DNA of 64,000 nt from Dictyostelium discoideum. Its lineage: Eukaryota. The position numbers and the translations under genes are program-made. Below, in pieces: positions 12,882-32,339 of the stretch (positions are counted from its first letter, which is position 1; each line of letters opens with the position of its first letter). The notes below the pieces were generated by a model. It searched no databases. It saw only the letters and a program-made list of their open reading frames with translations, and was not told where the DNA came from. Location of the stretch: assembly GCA_000004695.1 (NCBI GenBank), contig CM000153.2, positions 1,280,001 to 1,344,000 of the forward strand, written 5' to 3'.

Positions 12882-13217
12882 AAAAAAGACAAAAAAAAAA
12901 AGATAAAAATAAATAGATATTTATTTCAATCACCCAAATCGATTTTGTGGTATTTTTTTTTTTTTTTTTTTTGGATAAAAAAAAAGTAGAAATTTCTAGC
13001 TCGGAATAGTGAAAAGTTTTTTTTTTTTGCATTGTTCTGTATAACCTTTAAAAAATGTTTGGAGGTTTTTTTTAAAAAATTCCAATAAACAAATAGATAT
13101 TTTCTTAGATATTTTTTTTTTTTTTTTTATCGAAAAACAAAATATTTTTTTTTTTTTTTTTTTTATTCTCTATTTTCTTTTTTTTTTTTATTTTTTTATT
13201 TTTTTTTAAAACACAAA

Positions 13218-13540
13218 ATGAAATTTGGGACTTTCTTTTTATTTTTATTTTTGTTTATTTCAATTTCATCATGTGAATTACCTTTAAAAGAAAGTAAGAT
13301 TTTTTATTTCACCAACATTCCCCAAAAAAATTATTCTAATCACAAAAAAAAAAAAAAAAAAAAATTTAAAAATTGATAGAGCAAGCAATAGATACTTTAT
13401 TACAAATATATGGTTTAAATTTAATAAACGGTGATTATTGTGGTTCACCCCAATATTTTGTGTGTAATTTTGAAAACACAACGATTACAGAAATGTATTT
13501 ATCAATTTTTAATTTTAAATAATTTAATACCCATCATCCC

Positions 13541-13572
<32 letters not shown>

Positions 13573-14138
13573 CTTTCAATAGTTCATTAAGTGGTAATGA
13601 AATTAATAAAACTATTTTCCCAGATGGAGTAATTGGTAATTTTAGTTTTATAAATAAAGTAAAATTATCAAATTCAAATATCTCAAATGCTTTTTTTAGT
13701 GAATTACAAACCACAAGAAATTTTCAATTTGATAATTGTTTTATTCCAAAATTTCCAACATTCCTCCCCTATGTCCAAGTATTATATATGAATGATGTAT
13801 TTTTTAATGGTAATATAAATTATTCATCATTTTCAGCTATCGGTAATTTGTAATTATTATTATTATTATTATTAATATTATTATTTATTAAAATTATTGT
13901 TTTAGATTCCTAACATTTTTTTTTAATTTTTTATTATTTTTTTTTTTAAAAAAAAAGTACATTGATTTATTCTTCAGGTGATTTAATGACAGATTATCAA
14001 TTGATTGATGATTCACCACTTTATTTTGTTATTTCAAACATTAAAATCGTATTAAATAATATTATAGATTTTCAGTATTCACTTCAAAAAATGTAAATAT
14101 TTAATTATTATAAATAACAACTATTTTATTCCTTTTTT

Positions 14139-14176
<38 letters not shown>

Positions 14177-14573
14177 AAAAAAGAGAAATTTATTTAGGAA
14201 AATATTTTAATAATAGTGATAGTTTTAGAAATATGAGCTTCACTGGTGGCCCAATTTTCATTAGTGATTTGTACTATAATAAACCTATCGAAATTACAAA
14301 TTTAATTGGTCAAAGTGTAATATTAAATTTTGCTAATGTCCAGTTTAGTTTACCGGATAATAGCTACATGGATTTTACTTTCCATTTGGTTAGTTCTTTG
14401 TTTGTATTATTATTTTATTATGGTTATTTTGTTTTTAAATTTTTTTTTTTTATTTTTTTTTTTACTAATAATAAAACCACATCAGAATTTTTACTAATTG
14501 CTCAGGATTAACAAATTCAAATGGTGATTTAATGATAAAAATAGGAAGTGTTAAAACTTTGTAATTATTATTA

Positions 14574-14643
<70 letters not shown>

Positions 14644-14648
14644 TTTAA

Positions 14649-14679
<31 letters not shown>

Positions 14680-16843
14680 AGAACAATAACCAATTCGAAA
14701 TTAAAAAAGATACCTCCATTTTCATTTTATAAAACTTTATCTTCATTGGATATTAGTAAAAATAATATTATAGGTCAGATACCTGAATTATATGAACCAA
14801 TGAATGCATCACAAATAATTGGTATTAATTTAAGTGGAAATAAAATAAGTGGTGAATTAAATCAAAATCATTGTTATCACAATTTAAATATATCCAATAA
14901 CCAATTAACAGGTAAACTTCCAATGTGTTTTATATGTCAATTAAATGATCCACTATTAAGATATAGAATAAATGGAAATAATTTTGAAAATTATATTAGT
15001 AATAGTGAAAATAATTTTCCAATTTGTTCAGGCATATCATTTATTGGGGATGCTTTGATAGAAGTTGGAACAACTAATTCATTTATTAATGGAACTAATT
15101 TAGGATGGGAATCTATATATTATAGTATTCCAGGACAAATATTAAGTGATCCATTGGGATTATTTTTTTCAGTGGAGATTCCAAATAAAGTTTTAAGAAT
15201 TTCAGATCCAAAAAAATTATTCCCAATTGATAAAGCAATTGTGAATTTCGCAATTCCAAATATAAATGTTACAATGCATTTTAAATACTCTGAACCAAAA
15301 GTATATGCTATTACAGTGTATCCATATTATAATCTTGGTTATTTATTTTTAATTAATGGTGCTTCATTTCCATCCCAAAATAGCACTTCCTCAAGAGTTT
15401 CTGTAAAATTTGACAATTTTGATTGTGAACCAACAATAGTTGCCGGTATTGTTATTGAATGTATTGTATATAAATCTCAGTTAGCTGAAAAAATCTATAC
15501 AGTATCGATAACCAATGAACAAACTAGAAAAACTGGTTTTTCTAAATATAAATTTGAAAGAGTTTATCCTTTTGTTTATGCATATAGCTCACCAACGAAA
15601 ATTGGTGGTGTTGTAACATTTTTTGGAAGTTATGGGTCAGTCTTTACCAATGCAACTATTAAAATTGGAAAAGGTACATGTGAAATTATCAATATAAACT
15701 CAACAGTAATTACATGTAACCTAGCAGGAGCTAATTCAATTGGTCCAAGTCCTGCAAATGTTAGTATAACAATTAATCAAGTTAATTGGTTTGTAAATGA
15801 TTATTTCATTTATAATGAAGATAATATATGTCCAGGAACACCAGAATGTAGTGGCAATGGTATTTGTTTTAGTGGTTATTGTGCATGTTCAAATGGTTAT
15901 TCTGGTATTAAATGTGATAAAAGTAAGTAGTTTATTTAATTAATAATTAATAAATAATTAATATAATAATAATAAAAATAAATATTAATTTTTATTTATT
16001 TATTTAATAGTTTTTACAGGCGATATAGAGGTTAAAAAGAATGATACTTTAACAGAAATGATAAAGAATGGTTATTCATTTGGTTTTTCAATTAGAGATA
16101 TTAGAGAAATTGATTTCGATGGTAAAACAGTTAGACAACATAATTTCACAAGTTGGACATTAACACCAGATTCAACGATTATGAAATGGACTTATGTAAA
16201 TAAATTTGAAAATTCAATCATTTCATATACAGTAGAACAAATTACAGGTGCACCAAAGAATTATACATTTGCAGGTGAACAATTTACACTTCAACCTGGT
16301 TCTTTAAAATTATCAGCAAACATTTCAAATTGGGAATATTTAGGATCACTAAATACTCTACAACTTCAAATTCATTCTTCAGTTAAAGCTCAACAAGAGA
16401 ATGAATGTGAACAAAAATCTGAAATTCAATCAAATGGTAATGGTGTATCATTAAATTATATTACTATTCAAAAAGATAAAAATGTATTCAGTGGTAGATT
16501 CATAGATAAGGTGGTTTCAGATGGTAGACCTACCTTTTCAAAAGTTTCAATCTCTGAACAAACTGAAGATTCAATCACAGTTTCAATATCATTACCTTAT
16601 TGTAAAGAATGTTTAATTGATCCTGATTTCTCTGTAATGATCAATCCAAATCCAATATTTAATCCATGTGACAATGATCAACCTTCTAATTTAAAATGGA
16701 TTATACCTGTTAGTGTAATATTAGGTTTGTTAGGTTTGTTTGCTATTTTTGTAATAGTTTTCTTTTTAGCACGTGATCGTATTTATATCTCTAAAAAAGG
16801 TGGAATTATTTTATTAAAAAAACAAAAAAAAACATCAACATAA
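13218..16843 (+). CDS. Type I membrane receptor-like glycoprotein B, a tandem paralogue of gene A with the same LRR–IPT/TIG–EGF–TM architecture. Exons approximately 13218..13293, 13379..13493, 13583..13849, 13958..14092, 14184..14392(?), 14506..14560, 14682..15922, 16020..16843.
   Basis: Signal peptide MKFGTFFLFLFLFISISSC. An exon-by-exon parallel with gene A holds (IDTLLQIYGLNLINGDYCGSPQYFVCNFENTTITEM; SLSGNEINKTIFPDGVIGNF…). The EGF-like module is CPGTPECSGNGICFSGYCACSNGYSGIKC. The C-terminal 260 aa are about 85% identical to gene A, including the TM helix. Gene B has an extra micro-exon (GLTNSNGDLMIKIGSVKTL) and one donor that can only be placed at a weak GTTCTT(14393). An (ATT)n tract lies in intron 14561..14681. 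Confidence 0.5.
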
Positions 16844-17287
16844 AATAAATAAATAATTTTTTAAATTAAATTTGAATTAAATACAATTTATTGATTTTAT
16901 TATAATAAATAAAAATCTTTTTTTTTTTTTTTTTTGTGGATATCACGATTGTTGATCTTTATAAAATTTTTTTATAATAATTAAATTAAAAAATCCTTTT
17001 TTTATTTTATTTTTTTTTTTATTTGCAGTGTTTATAAAAAATCTTTTTTTGTTATGGAATTATCAAGAGAACAATTTTTTTATTTTTTTTTTATTTTTTT
17101 ATTTTTTTTATTTGTGTTTGAAAATTCAAAATGGAAAAGTCAGTAGAAATTTTATTTTTATTTTTATTTTTATTTTTATTTTTTTTTTTTAGTCCATTTT
17201 TTTTTTTTTTTAAAAAAGATTTTTTTTTTTTTTTTTTTATTTTCATTTTCTGCAGTAATAATAAAATCAAATAAAAAAAAATATAAA

Positions 17288-18315
17288 ATGAGAGTATTAT
17301 TATCATTAGTTGTAATTTTATTCATTATAAATTCAGCCTTTGCTGTAAAGATTAATATTGGTCGTCCAACCAAATCACATAAAACTATCCATCACGAAAC
17401 TTGGGTAGAAGAACAAACTGATCAATTCGATAATATTAAAGTTGGCCAATTATTAGGTTTCAAGAGAAGTCCAAACAGACCAAAACTTCAAATTAAATCT
17501 TATGATCCATTAGGAGTTCAAATTCCAACTTCTTTCAATGCTCAAACCAACTGGCCAAATTGTACTACCATTAGTCAGATTCAAAATCAAGCAAGATGTG
17601 GTTCTTGGTATGTTTTTTCATTTATTTTTATTTTATAAAAAAACAACAACAAAAAATATATATGCTAATATTTATTTACATTTAAAAAAAATATTTTAGT
17701 TGGGCTTTTGGTGCTACAGAATCAGCTACTGATCGTTTATGTATTCACAATAATGAAAATGTTCAATTAAGTTTTATGGATATGGTTACTTGTGATGAAA
17801 CTGATAACGGTTGTGAAGGTGGTGATGCCTTCTCTGCATGGAATTGGTTAAGAAAGCAAGGTGCTGTATCAGAAGAATGTCTTCCATATACAATTCCAAC
17901 TTGTCCACCAGCTCAACAACCATGTTTAAATTTTGTCAACACTCCATCATGTACTAAAGAGTGTCAATCAAATTCCTCTTTAATTTATTCTCAAGACAAA
18001 CATAAAATGGCTAAAATTTATTCTTTCGACTCTGATGAAGCAATCATGCAAGAAATTGTTACTAATGGTCCAGTCGAAGCTTGTTTCACTGTCTTTGAAG
18101 ATTTCCTTGCTTACAAATCTGGTGTTTACGTCCACACAACTGGTAAAGATTTAGGTGGTCACTGTGTTAAACTCGTTGGTTTCGGTACCTTAAATGGTGT
18201 TGATTACTATGCCGCTAACAACCAATGGACAACTTCATGGGGTGATAATGGAACTTTCTTAATCAAACGTGGTGATTGCGGTATCTCTGATGACGTTGTT
18301 GCTGGTTTACCATAA
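17288..18315 (+). CDS. Cathepsin B-like papain-family (C1) cysteine protease, 312 aa. Exons 17288..17607 and 17700..18315.
   Basis: A signal peptide is present. The active-site Cys motif QARCGS|CWAFGATE is reconstituted across a phase-2 intron (GTATGT at 17608 to ttttag at 17699). Downstream motifs are GCEGGDAFSAWNWL, GGHCVKLVGFG and NQWTTSWGDNGTF. Confidence 0.85.
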
Positions 18316-18385
18316 ATAAAAATAAGTTTTAAACATTTTGTAATTTTAATTTTTTTCTTTTTTCTTCTTTTTTATTGTATTAGCA

Positions 18386-21300
18386 TTGGAATTTTTTTTT
18401 TTTTTTTTTTTTTTTTTTGACTTTAAAAAAAAGAATATATTCATGGATAATTTGAAAGAAATATTATTTTGGAAAGTGTTTCATAATAAACCATTAAGGA
18501 ATTTGATTTTCTATCATATTCAAATAACAGAATGGGTAGAATATACAGATCCAATACAAATTAAACCAAATAATAGATTGAAATTTAAAGAAATAACTTC
18601 ATTAAAATTTTTATTAATGAATAAACTATACAAATTATTAAAATGTAAATTAGAACATGATGAATATATTGAAATTGGGGTAAAATCAGTTTCATTATTA
18701 TTTGAAAAAATTGAAAATTCAACAACAACAGAATCAATAACAGAATCAAAAACAACAACAACAGTAATAGAAGAAGAATAATAATAATAAAAATAAAAAA
18801 GATGAAAAGTTAAATTCAAATCTTAAGAAATTGCCAATTAAAATATTTAATTCATTTAAAAGTTTAAAAACAAAAAAAGAATTATTAAATTTAAAAATAC
18901 TTTCTTCATCTGGAATATCAGAGAAAGAATCTTTTAATCAATATTATAGTAAAGAGTTTAGTATTGATATTGAATATGAAGAGTTATTATTACAAATCTA
19001 TTATAAATATTATAAATATAATGAAGCAAAGGATAATATTGATTATAGTATTAATAAAATTGTAAATAGTGATAGTAACACCGATAAATTAAGAGAACTT
19101 CAAAAGTTGGTTATTATATCAACATTACTCAGTCCATTATATCAAGATTATTTTTTAAAGTATAGCGAGATTTAGAAGATTTTCACACTTTAAAACATGG
19201 AGTTGCGTCACCAATTGGCATTGATGCTAGTTCAAAGTTTATTACTCTTTACAAATACTTTTCAATATATGAAGGTAATGAAATTCTATTAGAAGAGATT
19301 AAAAATTTAATAAGTTCTAAAAATGTCAAATATTTCCCATTGATAGATTATATTGAATCAGATAGTGGCCACCAGGTGATATTTTGGTTTTTAAAGATAC
19401 ATTAATAATTGATTGGATAATAGAGTATAATTCACATATAAAGAATTTTTTAGCTCTATTCTCAGAATCATAGATTTCAATCAATCCAAGTACTAGAGTA
19501 TTTTGTTAGCTATAAATCAAAGGATAATCTTTATGGATTTACTTTAGAAAACTCAAGTTTATTTACATTTATCAATGCAATTTCTCAATGCAATATAGAG
19601 GAGTTACAATTTATTGATAGTTTAAATAGTAAATTATGTGGTGTTCCAAATGATCATAAATTCTTATCAACAAATTGTTCATTTCAACAACACCATGATT
19701 TACTAGTATACTTAAATTTAACTGGTTTCCATAGTTTTTCAAAACTAAATTTTACAAAGATTTGTAAAGAGTTTTTAGAAATTAATCAACTAGAATTTAA
19801 AAAAGTAAATTTAGAAGGGTTTTCTATTTTTGAAATAAATGAAATTTTTACTATTGCCTTGAAAAACTTGGATTTCAAATTTTTACATTTGATGGTAAAT
19901 TGCATGGATCCAAATTATTTTTCTGTAGATTTTCCGTATGGTTTAGAATCTACACCAAGAATAATTTTTAATAAACAGGGTGAAATTTATCAAATAGTTG
20001 GTGATTGTATTACTTCAATAATAAAATTAATGGAAATGTTTATAAATAAATTTATTGAGATACTAAATAACAATAATAATAACAATGGTAATCAACAAAA
20101 AAAAAAGAAAAAACCCTTTCAAATTCACATTTGGTATAATTTTAAATTTATATTATCAATCTACCAGTCATTTGGATCATCATCATCACTAAATGATGCA
20201 CAAGAGTATTATGACTGTATTAGAGATGATGATGATGATCCAAATGACTGGTAGATTGATAATACTGTATTAGAGACTGTGATTCTACTACTCACGGATT
20301 TAATATATTAAATCTCATATATTTAGTCTTGATTTTATTATTGGTTGTGGTCAAGAAGGTATATTTAAAAATTCATTTTACAATATTATCAATACGTTAA
20401 TTCATTGGTTATCAAATGAAAAATTTAACGATTTATCAAGTACAACTTTTCTTGGTCATTTTACAGTTATAAACAATGCAGTTCTAGAATTTTGTTTGAA
20501 TATTAAAAGAGTTGATTTATTTTTTGAACAGTTGGATTATATACAAGGTTACATAGATTTGGCAAATAAAAGTTATGGCTATAGATTAGATAGATCATTT
20601 CCTCATTATTCATTCACATATAGCTCACCCTCAACAACATTATTACCTTCTAGTTCATTAGTAATTCCTCAACAGGTATTGGAAAGAGTTTCCCATTTTA
20701 GTGAAAACCAAACAGCATTTCCAAAAGTCATCAATTCATTTAAATATTCAAAACAGGTGATTAGATTAGCAGGTGAAGTTTTAGGGTTAGAGTCAACTCA
20801 AAGGTTTATAGAGTACAATTTTTTAATATCTAAATTTCAGAAAAAATTATATAAAAGTACTATGGATAGTTGTAGATTGGATATAGCTAGTTTTTTATTA
20901 GAAAATTATGATATTCAAGGATTAAATTTCTCTTTAGGTAAATATAGAAATAATTCCTATTGTATCTATAGAGAGGTGCAATATTTACTTGAAAATCATT
21001 TTGATAAGGTCAAACATCTACATCTCGTTGATTCTCATAAATCACTTTCCAAGTTTCAAGATTTCAAATATAAATGTTCTATCTTTTTTCATATTAAATC
21101 AGATTCAATCCAATTTACTACACAAACTATTTAATTCTAATTCAACACAATCATTAAATGATATACTTAAAACAACATTTCCTCAAATTAAAAAATTATT
21201 TTATCAAACTGGTGTAAATGGTTATGAAAAAAGTGAACAAGATTTTTTAGTTTTTATCAATTCAACAAAAATCAAAAAGCAAAGAGAATCAATTGAAAAA

Positions 21301-21543
21301 TTAGAGTTATTTTATAATAATAATATTAAAGAGATAACAAAGATCTTGGATTCATTATTCGATAAATCCTACAAACAAGAAATATTACCAATTTTAAAAA
21401 AAGAAGAAAATAGATACGTTGACAAAAAAAATAATCTATTTGCAAAACATTTTAGTAGAGGTGAAATTGTATTATGTGAACTCATTTTAAAACACTATCC
21501 AAATCAATTCAAGATCTCAAATTATTTAATCAAAGTGCATTAA
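18386..21543 (+). pseudogene. Degenerate or frameshifted paralogue of a Dictyostelium-specific family (N-terminal LFWKVF…NLIF motif). Coding-like sequence is split across at least 5 frame changes.
   Basis: Successive ORFs with amoeba codon usage lie in frames 2, 0, 2, 2, 0, 1 (18386-18781, 18831-19175, 19175-19413, 19859-20254, 20496-21134, 20989-21543). No GT…AG introns reconcile them; for example the 50-nt gap at 18781/18831 has no donor. The N-terminal motif EILFWKVFHNKPLRNLIF resembles EKLFWKIFRNSKLFSEIF in the convergent gene at 21821..26170. Confidence 0.4.
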
Positions 21544-21820
21544 AATATAAAAATAACCACAGTTAATAATATTAGATCTGATAATCAATTATCACAAAAT
21601 TTAAGTGATTTATTTGATGTTTTATGAAATTTCATCAAATAATAAAGATTTTACCAAAAAAATAATCTTTATTAAAATATAAATTTTTTATTATTATTAT
21701 TTATATCTCTGCAAACTAGATTCTGACAAATGGGGTATGAATCCACCATTTAGTGCATTTAATTAGATAATTAAAAAAAAAAAAGGTATAGTTTCGAACA
21801 CTAAACATTTATTTATTTAT

Positions 21821-26170
<4,350 letters not shown>

Positions 26171-26680
26171 TTTTTTTAATAATAAAATTTTTCATATTTT
26201 CAATTTCCTTTTTAGTTTTTTATCTTTTTTTTTGTCTTTTTTTTTTTTTTATCTATTTTTTATTTTTTTTTTTTATTTTTTATTTTTTTTTATTCGTTTT
26301 TCGGTTTTGAAAAGATAAAAAAAAAAAAAAATAAAAAAATAAAAATAAAAATAAAAAATAAAAATGAAAAAAAAAAAAGCTTTTATATGAAAATCATTTT
26401 AAAACAAAAGAAAAAGATATTTTATGGTTAGGAAAATAAAAAAAAAAAAAAAAAAGATTTTTCCTGGTCTAAATTTAGCGGCCCCGATGTGTCCCACGCT
26501 TCTTGAAAGTGGGGTAAAATAAATAGTATGATTTCTCTGGATATTTTGAACTGAATTTTTTTTTTTTTTTTTTTTTTAATTTTAAATTTTTTTTTTTTTT
26601 TTTACAATGAATCTTATTACATTATTAATTTTTATTTTTTTTAATTTTTTTATTTTTTTATTTTTTTTTTTACAATATAT

Positions 26681-27045
26681 CTAATTTTTGATATTATTTT
26701 TAATTGTTTCTCTGACTCTCATTAAAGTTTTACCTAATTGATTTCTACCTGAACCATCACCACCATCACCCCAATAACTATCATTTCCAGTATGTTCGAC
26801 AAGTGTGGCGTCACCTGTTTCTAATAAAACTAAAATAATTTACAATAAGTTAGTTTTATATTTTTTTAAAAAAAAAAAAAAATTTAAAAAAAAAAAAAAA
26901 AAACAAAATTCATACTTTTTTGAATATCTTTATGTTGAGAGAATTTTGCTAAACAAATTTCATACATGAGTTCATCTTTAACACCTTCCCAATCTTTTCT
27001 CAATGGACGTTTACGATCTCTACCTAAATTATTAAAAAAAAAAGG

Positions 27046-27078
<33 letters not shown>

Positions 27079-27437
27079 AAATTAATACTACACAGAAAAA
27101 AGATAATATCATTTTTGAAGAAAAGAAAAAAAAAAAAAAAAAATATCTACCCATTTTAGCACTATCACCAGGGGTTTTGGTGTTTAAAACATCATTAAAA
27201 TGTTGTGTGCCTTCGAATTTCATAGCCTGAAAAATGTGTTCTGATGTTTTTGCCACTAATAATAATAATAACAATGAAATTTTATATTAAAAAATATTCA
27301 TTTTTTTTTTAATTCATATATAATAGATACTAACAAACATTATTATAAAAAACAGTATGACGAGAGAAATTTGAAAATGGGCCATATGGAATCTCGTTTG
27401 GTCTATAAAAGTTTATAACATGTTCATCGTCTGACAT
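26681..27437 (-). CDS. NADAR-domain (YbiA-like, DUF1768) protein, about 151 aa. Exons on the minus strand: 27437..27335, 27255..27151, 27023..26916, 26820..26681.
   Basis: The translation reads MSDDEHVINFYRPNEIPYGPFSNFSRHTVFYNNV|LAKTSEHIFQAMKFEGTQHFNDVLNTKTPGDSAKM|GRDRKRPLRKDWEGVKDELMYEICLAKFSQHKDIQK|KTGDATLVEHTGNDSYWGDGGDGSGRNQLGKTLMRVRETIKNNIKN*. Donors are GTTAGT, GTAGAT and GTATGA. Intron phases 1,1,1 are consistent. Confidence 0.75.
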
Positions 27438-27486
27438 TTTATTATTATTTTGTTTATTTTCTTTATGGATTGATTAAATTGAAATG

Positions 27487-27518
<32 letters not shown>

Positions 27519-27684
27519 TTTAAAATAAAAAAAAAAAAGGGAATTTAAAAGGAAAAAAAAATAAAAAAAAAATAAATAAAAAATAAAATAAATTAATTTA
27601 TTTTTCAAAGAAATCAAAAAAATTAAAGAAAATGACTATTTTTATTTTTATTTTTATTTTTATTTTTATTTTTATTTTTATTTT

Positions 27685-27907
27685 TTAATATTCGTTATTC
27701 GTATTTGTAAAGGCAGATTGTTTATTACTTAAATAATTATAACATTTTGAATAGGTTTTCCTATCTTTTCCCTCTAATTTACTACGAACTAATTCAATTA
27801 ACATTCCATCTGTATCATAACAATAATTATCTAAATTAAAACCTAATTCAACTGATACTTTTTTTAAAACATTATAATTCACATTATTATTTATATTATT
27901 ATTTTTA

Positions 27908-28002
<95 letters not shown>

Positions 28003-29325
28003 GTTATTATTATTATTATTATTATCATTATTATTATTATTATTATTTTCCAATTTTTGAGGTGATTGTTGTTGTTGATTTTTATTAATATGATTAGTAT
28101 CAAAAGCTTTCATTCTATCTTTCATTTCTTGCATTTTTGTAAAAATGAATTTATGTTCTAAATTATCTTTTTCTTCTTTTGTTAAATTTAAACCAGCCAA
28201 ATTTAATTTCTTTGAGATAACTTTAAAAATACCATCTATACTAAAGTTAAATCTTTTATAGAAATCAACCATATGATTCTCAATAAATTCTCTAATAAAA
28301 ACTTGTTCTAAAATTTGTTGAGTTGAAAATCTTGATTCTGGATTCTTATTTAATAATTTAAATAATAATGAACTTAATTCTTCATTGGGACTGAATTTTA
28401 TTTTTTAAAAAATAATATCAGAATGTATTAATATTAAAAATAAAAATAATATTAAAATAGTTGAAAAAAACACACTTACTGATTAACTGGTTTAAATATA
28501 GTAGATTCAGTTTGAATGTTTCTCATTACAGTTTCTTTTCTACCATCAAATGGTAATGATAAGGTCATTAATTCATATAATACGACGCCTAAAGACCAAA
28601 TATCCGTTTTGTTAGTGTATGGTTTTTTATTACATATTTCGTAGGAAACATATTGTGGAGTACCAGCAGTTGTATTTGCGTATAGATCAGTTTCAGACAT
28701 TAATTTTGAAACACCAAAATCTGCAATCTTTAATAACGGTATTGAATCATTACTACTACCACTACCACTACCACTACCACTACCACTATCACTACTTGAT
28801 AAAACTATATTCTTTGGTTTTATATCCCTGTGAATTATATTTTGTGAATGAATATAATTTAATGCAATAACTAATTGACAAAAGTAATGCATAATTTCAA
28901 AATCTGAAAATGGTTTACCACTTCTTTTTTGATTTTCAATTTTTTGAAATAAATCTCCATTCTCTGCAAATTCCATTATAATTACATAATTACCATTCTC
29001 AAAGAATGAATCATTCAATTTAACCACATTAACATGATCCATCACTGTTAAAATTTTACCTTCTTCTAATACTTTTTCAATATTCTCTTGATTATTTACT
29101 TGTATTGATTTTTTACAAAATACTTGACCACTTTCTTTGTGGGTAACTATTATTATTTTAATTTTGATTTTTTAAAATTAATTTAAAATACTAGGGAGAA
29201 AAAAAAAAAAAAAAAAAAAATAGTTTCTAAACACACAAACCTTTAAATGTATTTCCATATGATCCTGATCCAATTTGACTTTTTATTAGGTACTTATCTG
29301 CTGGAGAGTTCTTTTTTTTAATCAT
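27685..29325 (-). CDS. Serine/threonine protein kinase, about 485 aa, with a C-terminal poly-Asn tail. Exons on the minus strand: 29325..29241, 29146..28480, 28390..27685.
   Basis: Kinase subdomains are present: GSGSYGNTFK (Gly loop, split by a phase-1 intron), VFCKK (VAIK-like), HRDIKPKNIVL, DFGVSK and GTPQYVSYE. Donors are GTTTGT and GTAAGT. The C-terminal exon carries (AAT)n poly-Asn. Confidence 0.8.
27911..28050. repeat. (ATT)n with rare interruptions. It is (AAT)n on the minus strand, coding the poly-Asn tail of the kinase.
   Basis: Seen directly in the sequence. Confidence 0.85.
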
Positions 29326-29506
29326 TGTTTTTTTTTTTTTTTTTTTTCAAAAACAAAAAAGCCAAAAAAAAAAAGCGAAAAATCTTTTTAACCAAAAAAA
29401 AAAAAAATAAAAAAACAATTCAATTTGGCGAACTCGATTACTGAGAGAAAACAAAAAAAAAAGAAAACTGTTTTATTTATTTTTATATTTATTTATTTTT
29501 TGATAT

Positions 29507-31425
<1,919 letters not shown>

Positions 31426-31759
31426 TTTTATTTATTTTGTTATTATTTTAAACTTTATTACTATTTTTTATTTTTTTTTTATTTGTTATTTAATATTAAA
31501 AGATATAATTGTTTTATGAATTTATTTTTATTTACTTTAATTATTATTGTTATTATTTTTTTTTTTATATACAAATGTTATTAAATAATATTTATTAAAA
31601 AGAGATGAATTGAAATTATTATTATTTTTTTTTTTTTATTATTTATTTAATTTTATTTTTAATTTTATTTTTTATTTTTTTGTAATTTATTGTTTTTGGT
31701 AAGTTGTTAATTAATTTATAAATTTACAGCTATTGTTATTTGCTACCCAACATTACAAA

Positions 31760-31797
<38 letters not shown>

Positions 31798-32252
31798 TTT
31801 TTTTTTTACATTTTTTATTTTTTTGCGATTTTGGGCGGCAAATTTTCAATTTAAATAACACAACCCCAAACCATTTATTAAAAAATATTAAAAAAATAAG
31901 ATGAAAATTCAGATATTAGATTTATTAACTTTCCAATTTGTTTAAATAGATTTATTAAAAAAAAAACAAAATAAAAAATAATAATAAATAATAATTTGAA
32001 ATTATCAGTTATTTTTTTTAATTAATGCAAATTTGAATTTTTGGGGGGAAAATATGTTTTTTGCATTTTGTGTATTTTTTTATTTTTTTTTATTTTTTTA
32101 TTTTTCAAACCAACAATTGGGTCACATTTTAGGAATTCACTTTTATTATTTTTTTTATTTATTTGTAAAATTATTATAATATGAGTTTGGTATAGAAAAA
32201 TAGAGTACTCAAAAATACACAAAATAATATAAAAAAAAAAAAATGAATGTGA

Positions 32253-32286
<34 letters not shown>

Positions 32287-32339
32287 CAAGCCAATAATAA
32301 TTAAAAAAGTGGAAATAGTTTTTTTTTTTTTAATTTAAT

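Noticed and set aside
14577-14643. (ATT)22 tract producing a poly-Ile ORF start (14548..)
   Set aside because: The tract lies in the intron between the micro-exon (14506..14560) and the exon starting at 14682 of receptor gene B. The true frame resumes at the ttttag| acceptor.
26465-26525. tRNA gene in GC-rich islands (also 53441..53512, 50298..50326)
   Set aside because: No cloverleaf could be built. There is no acceptor/T-arm pairing and no GTTCGA-type T-loop. I retained them only as candidate ncRNA or regulatory elements.
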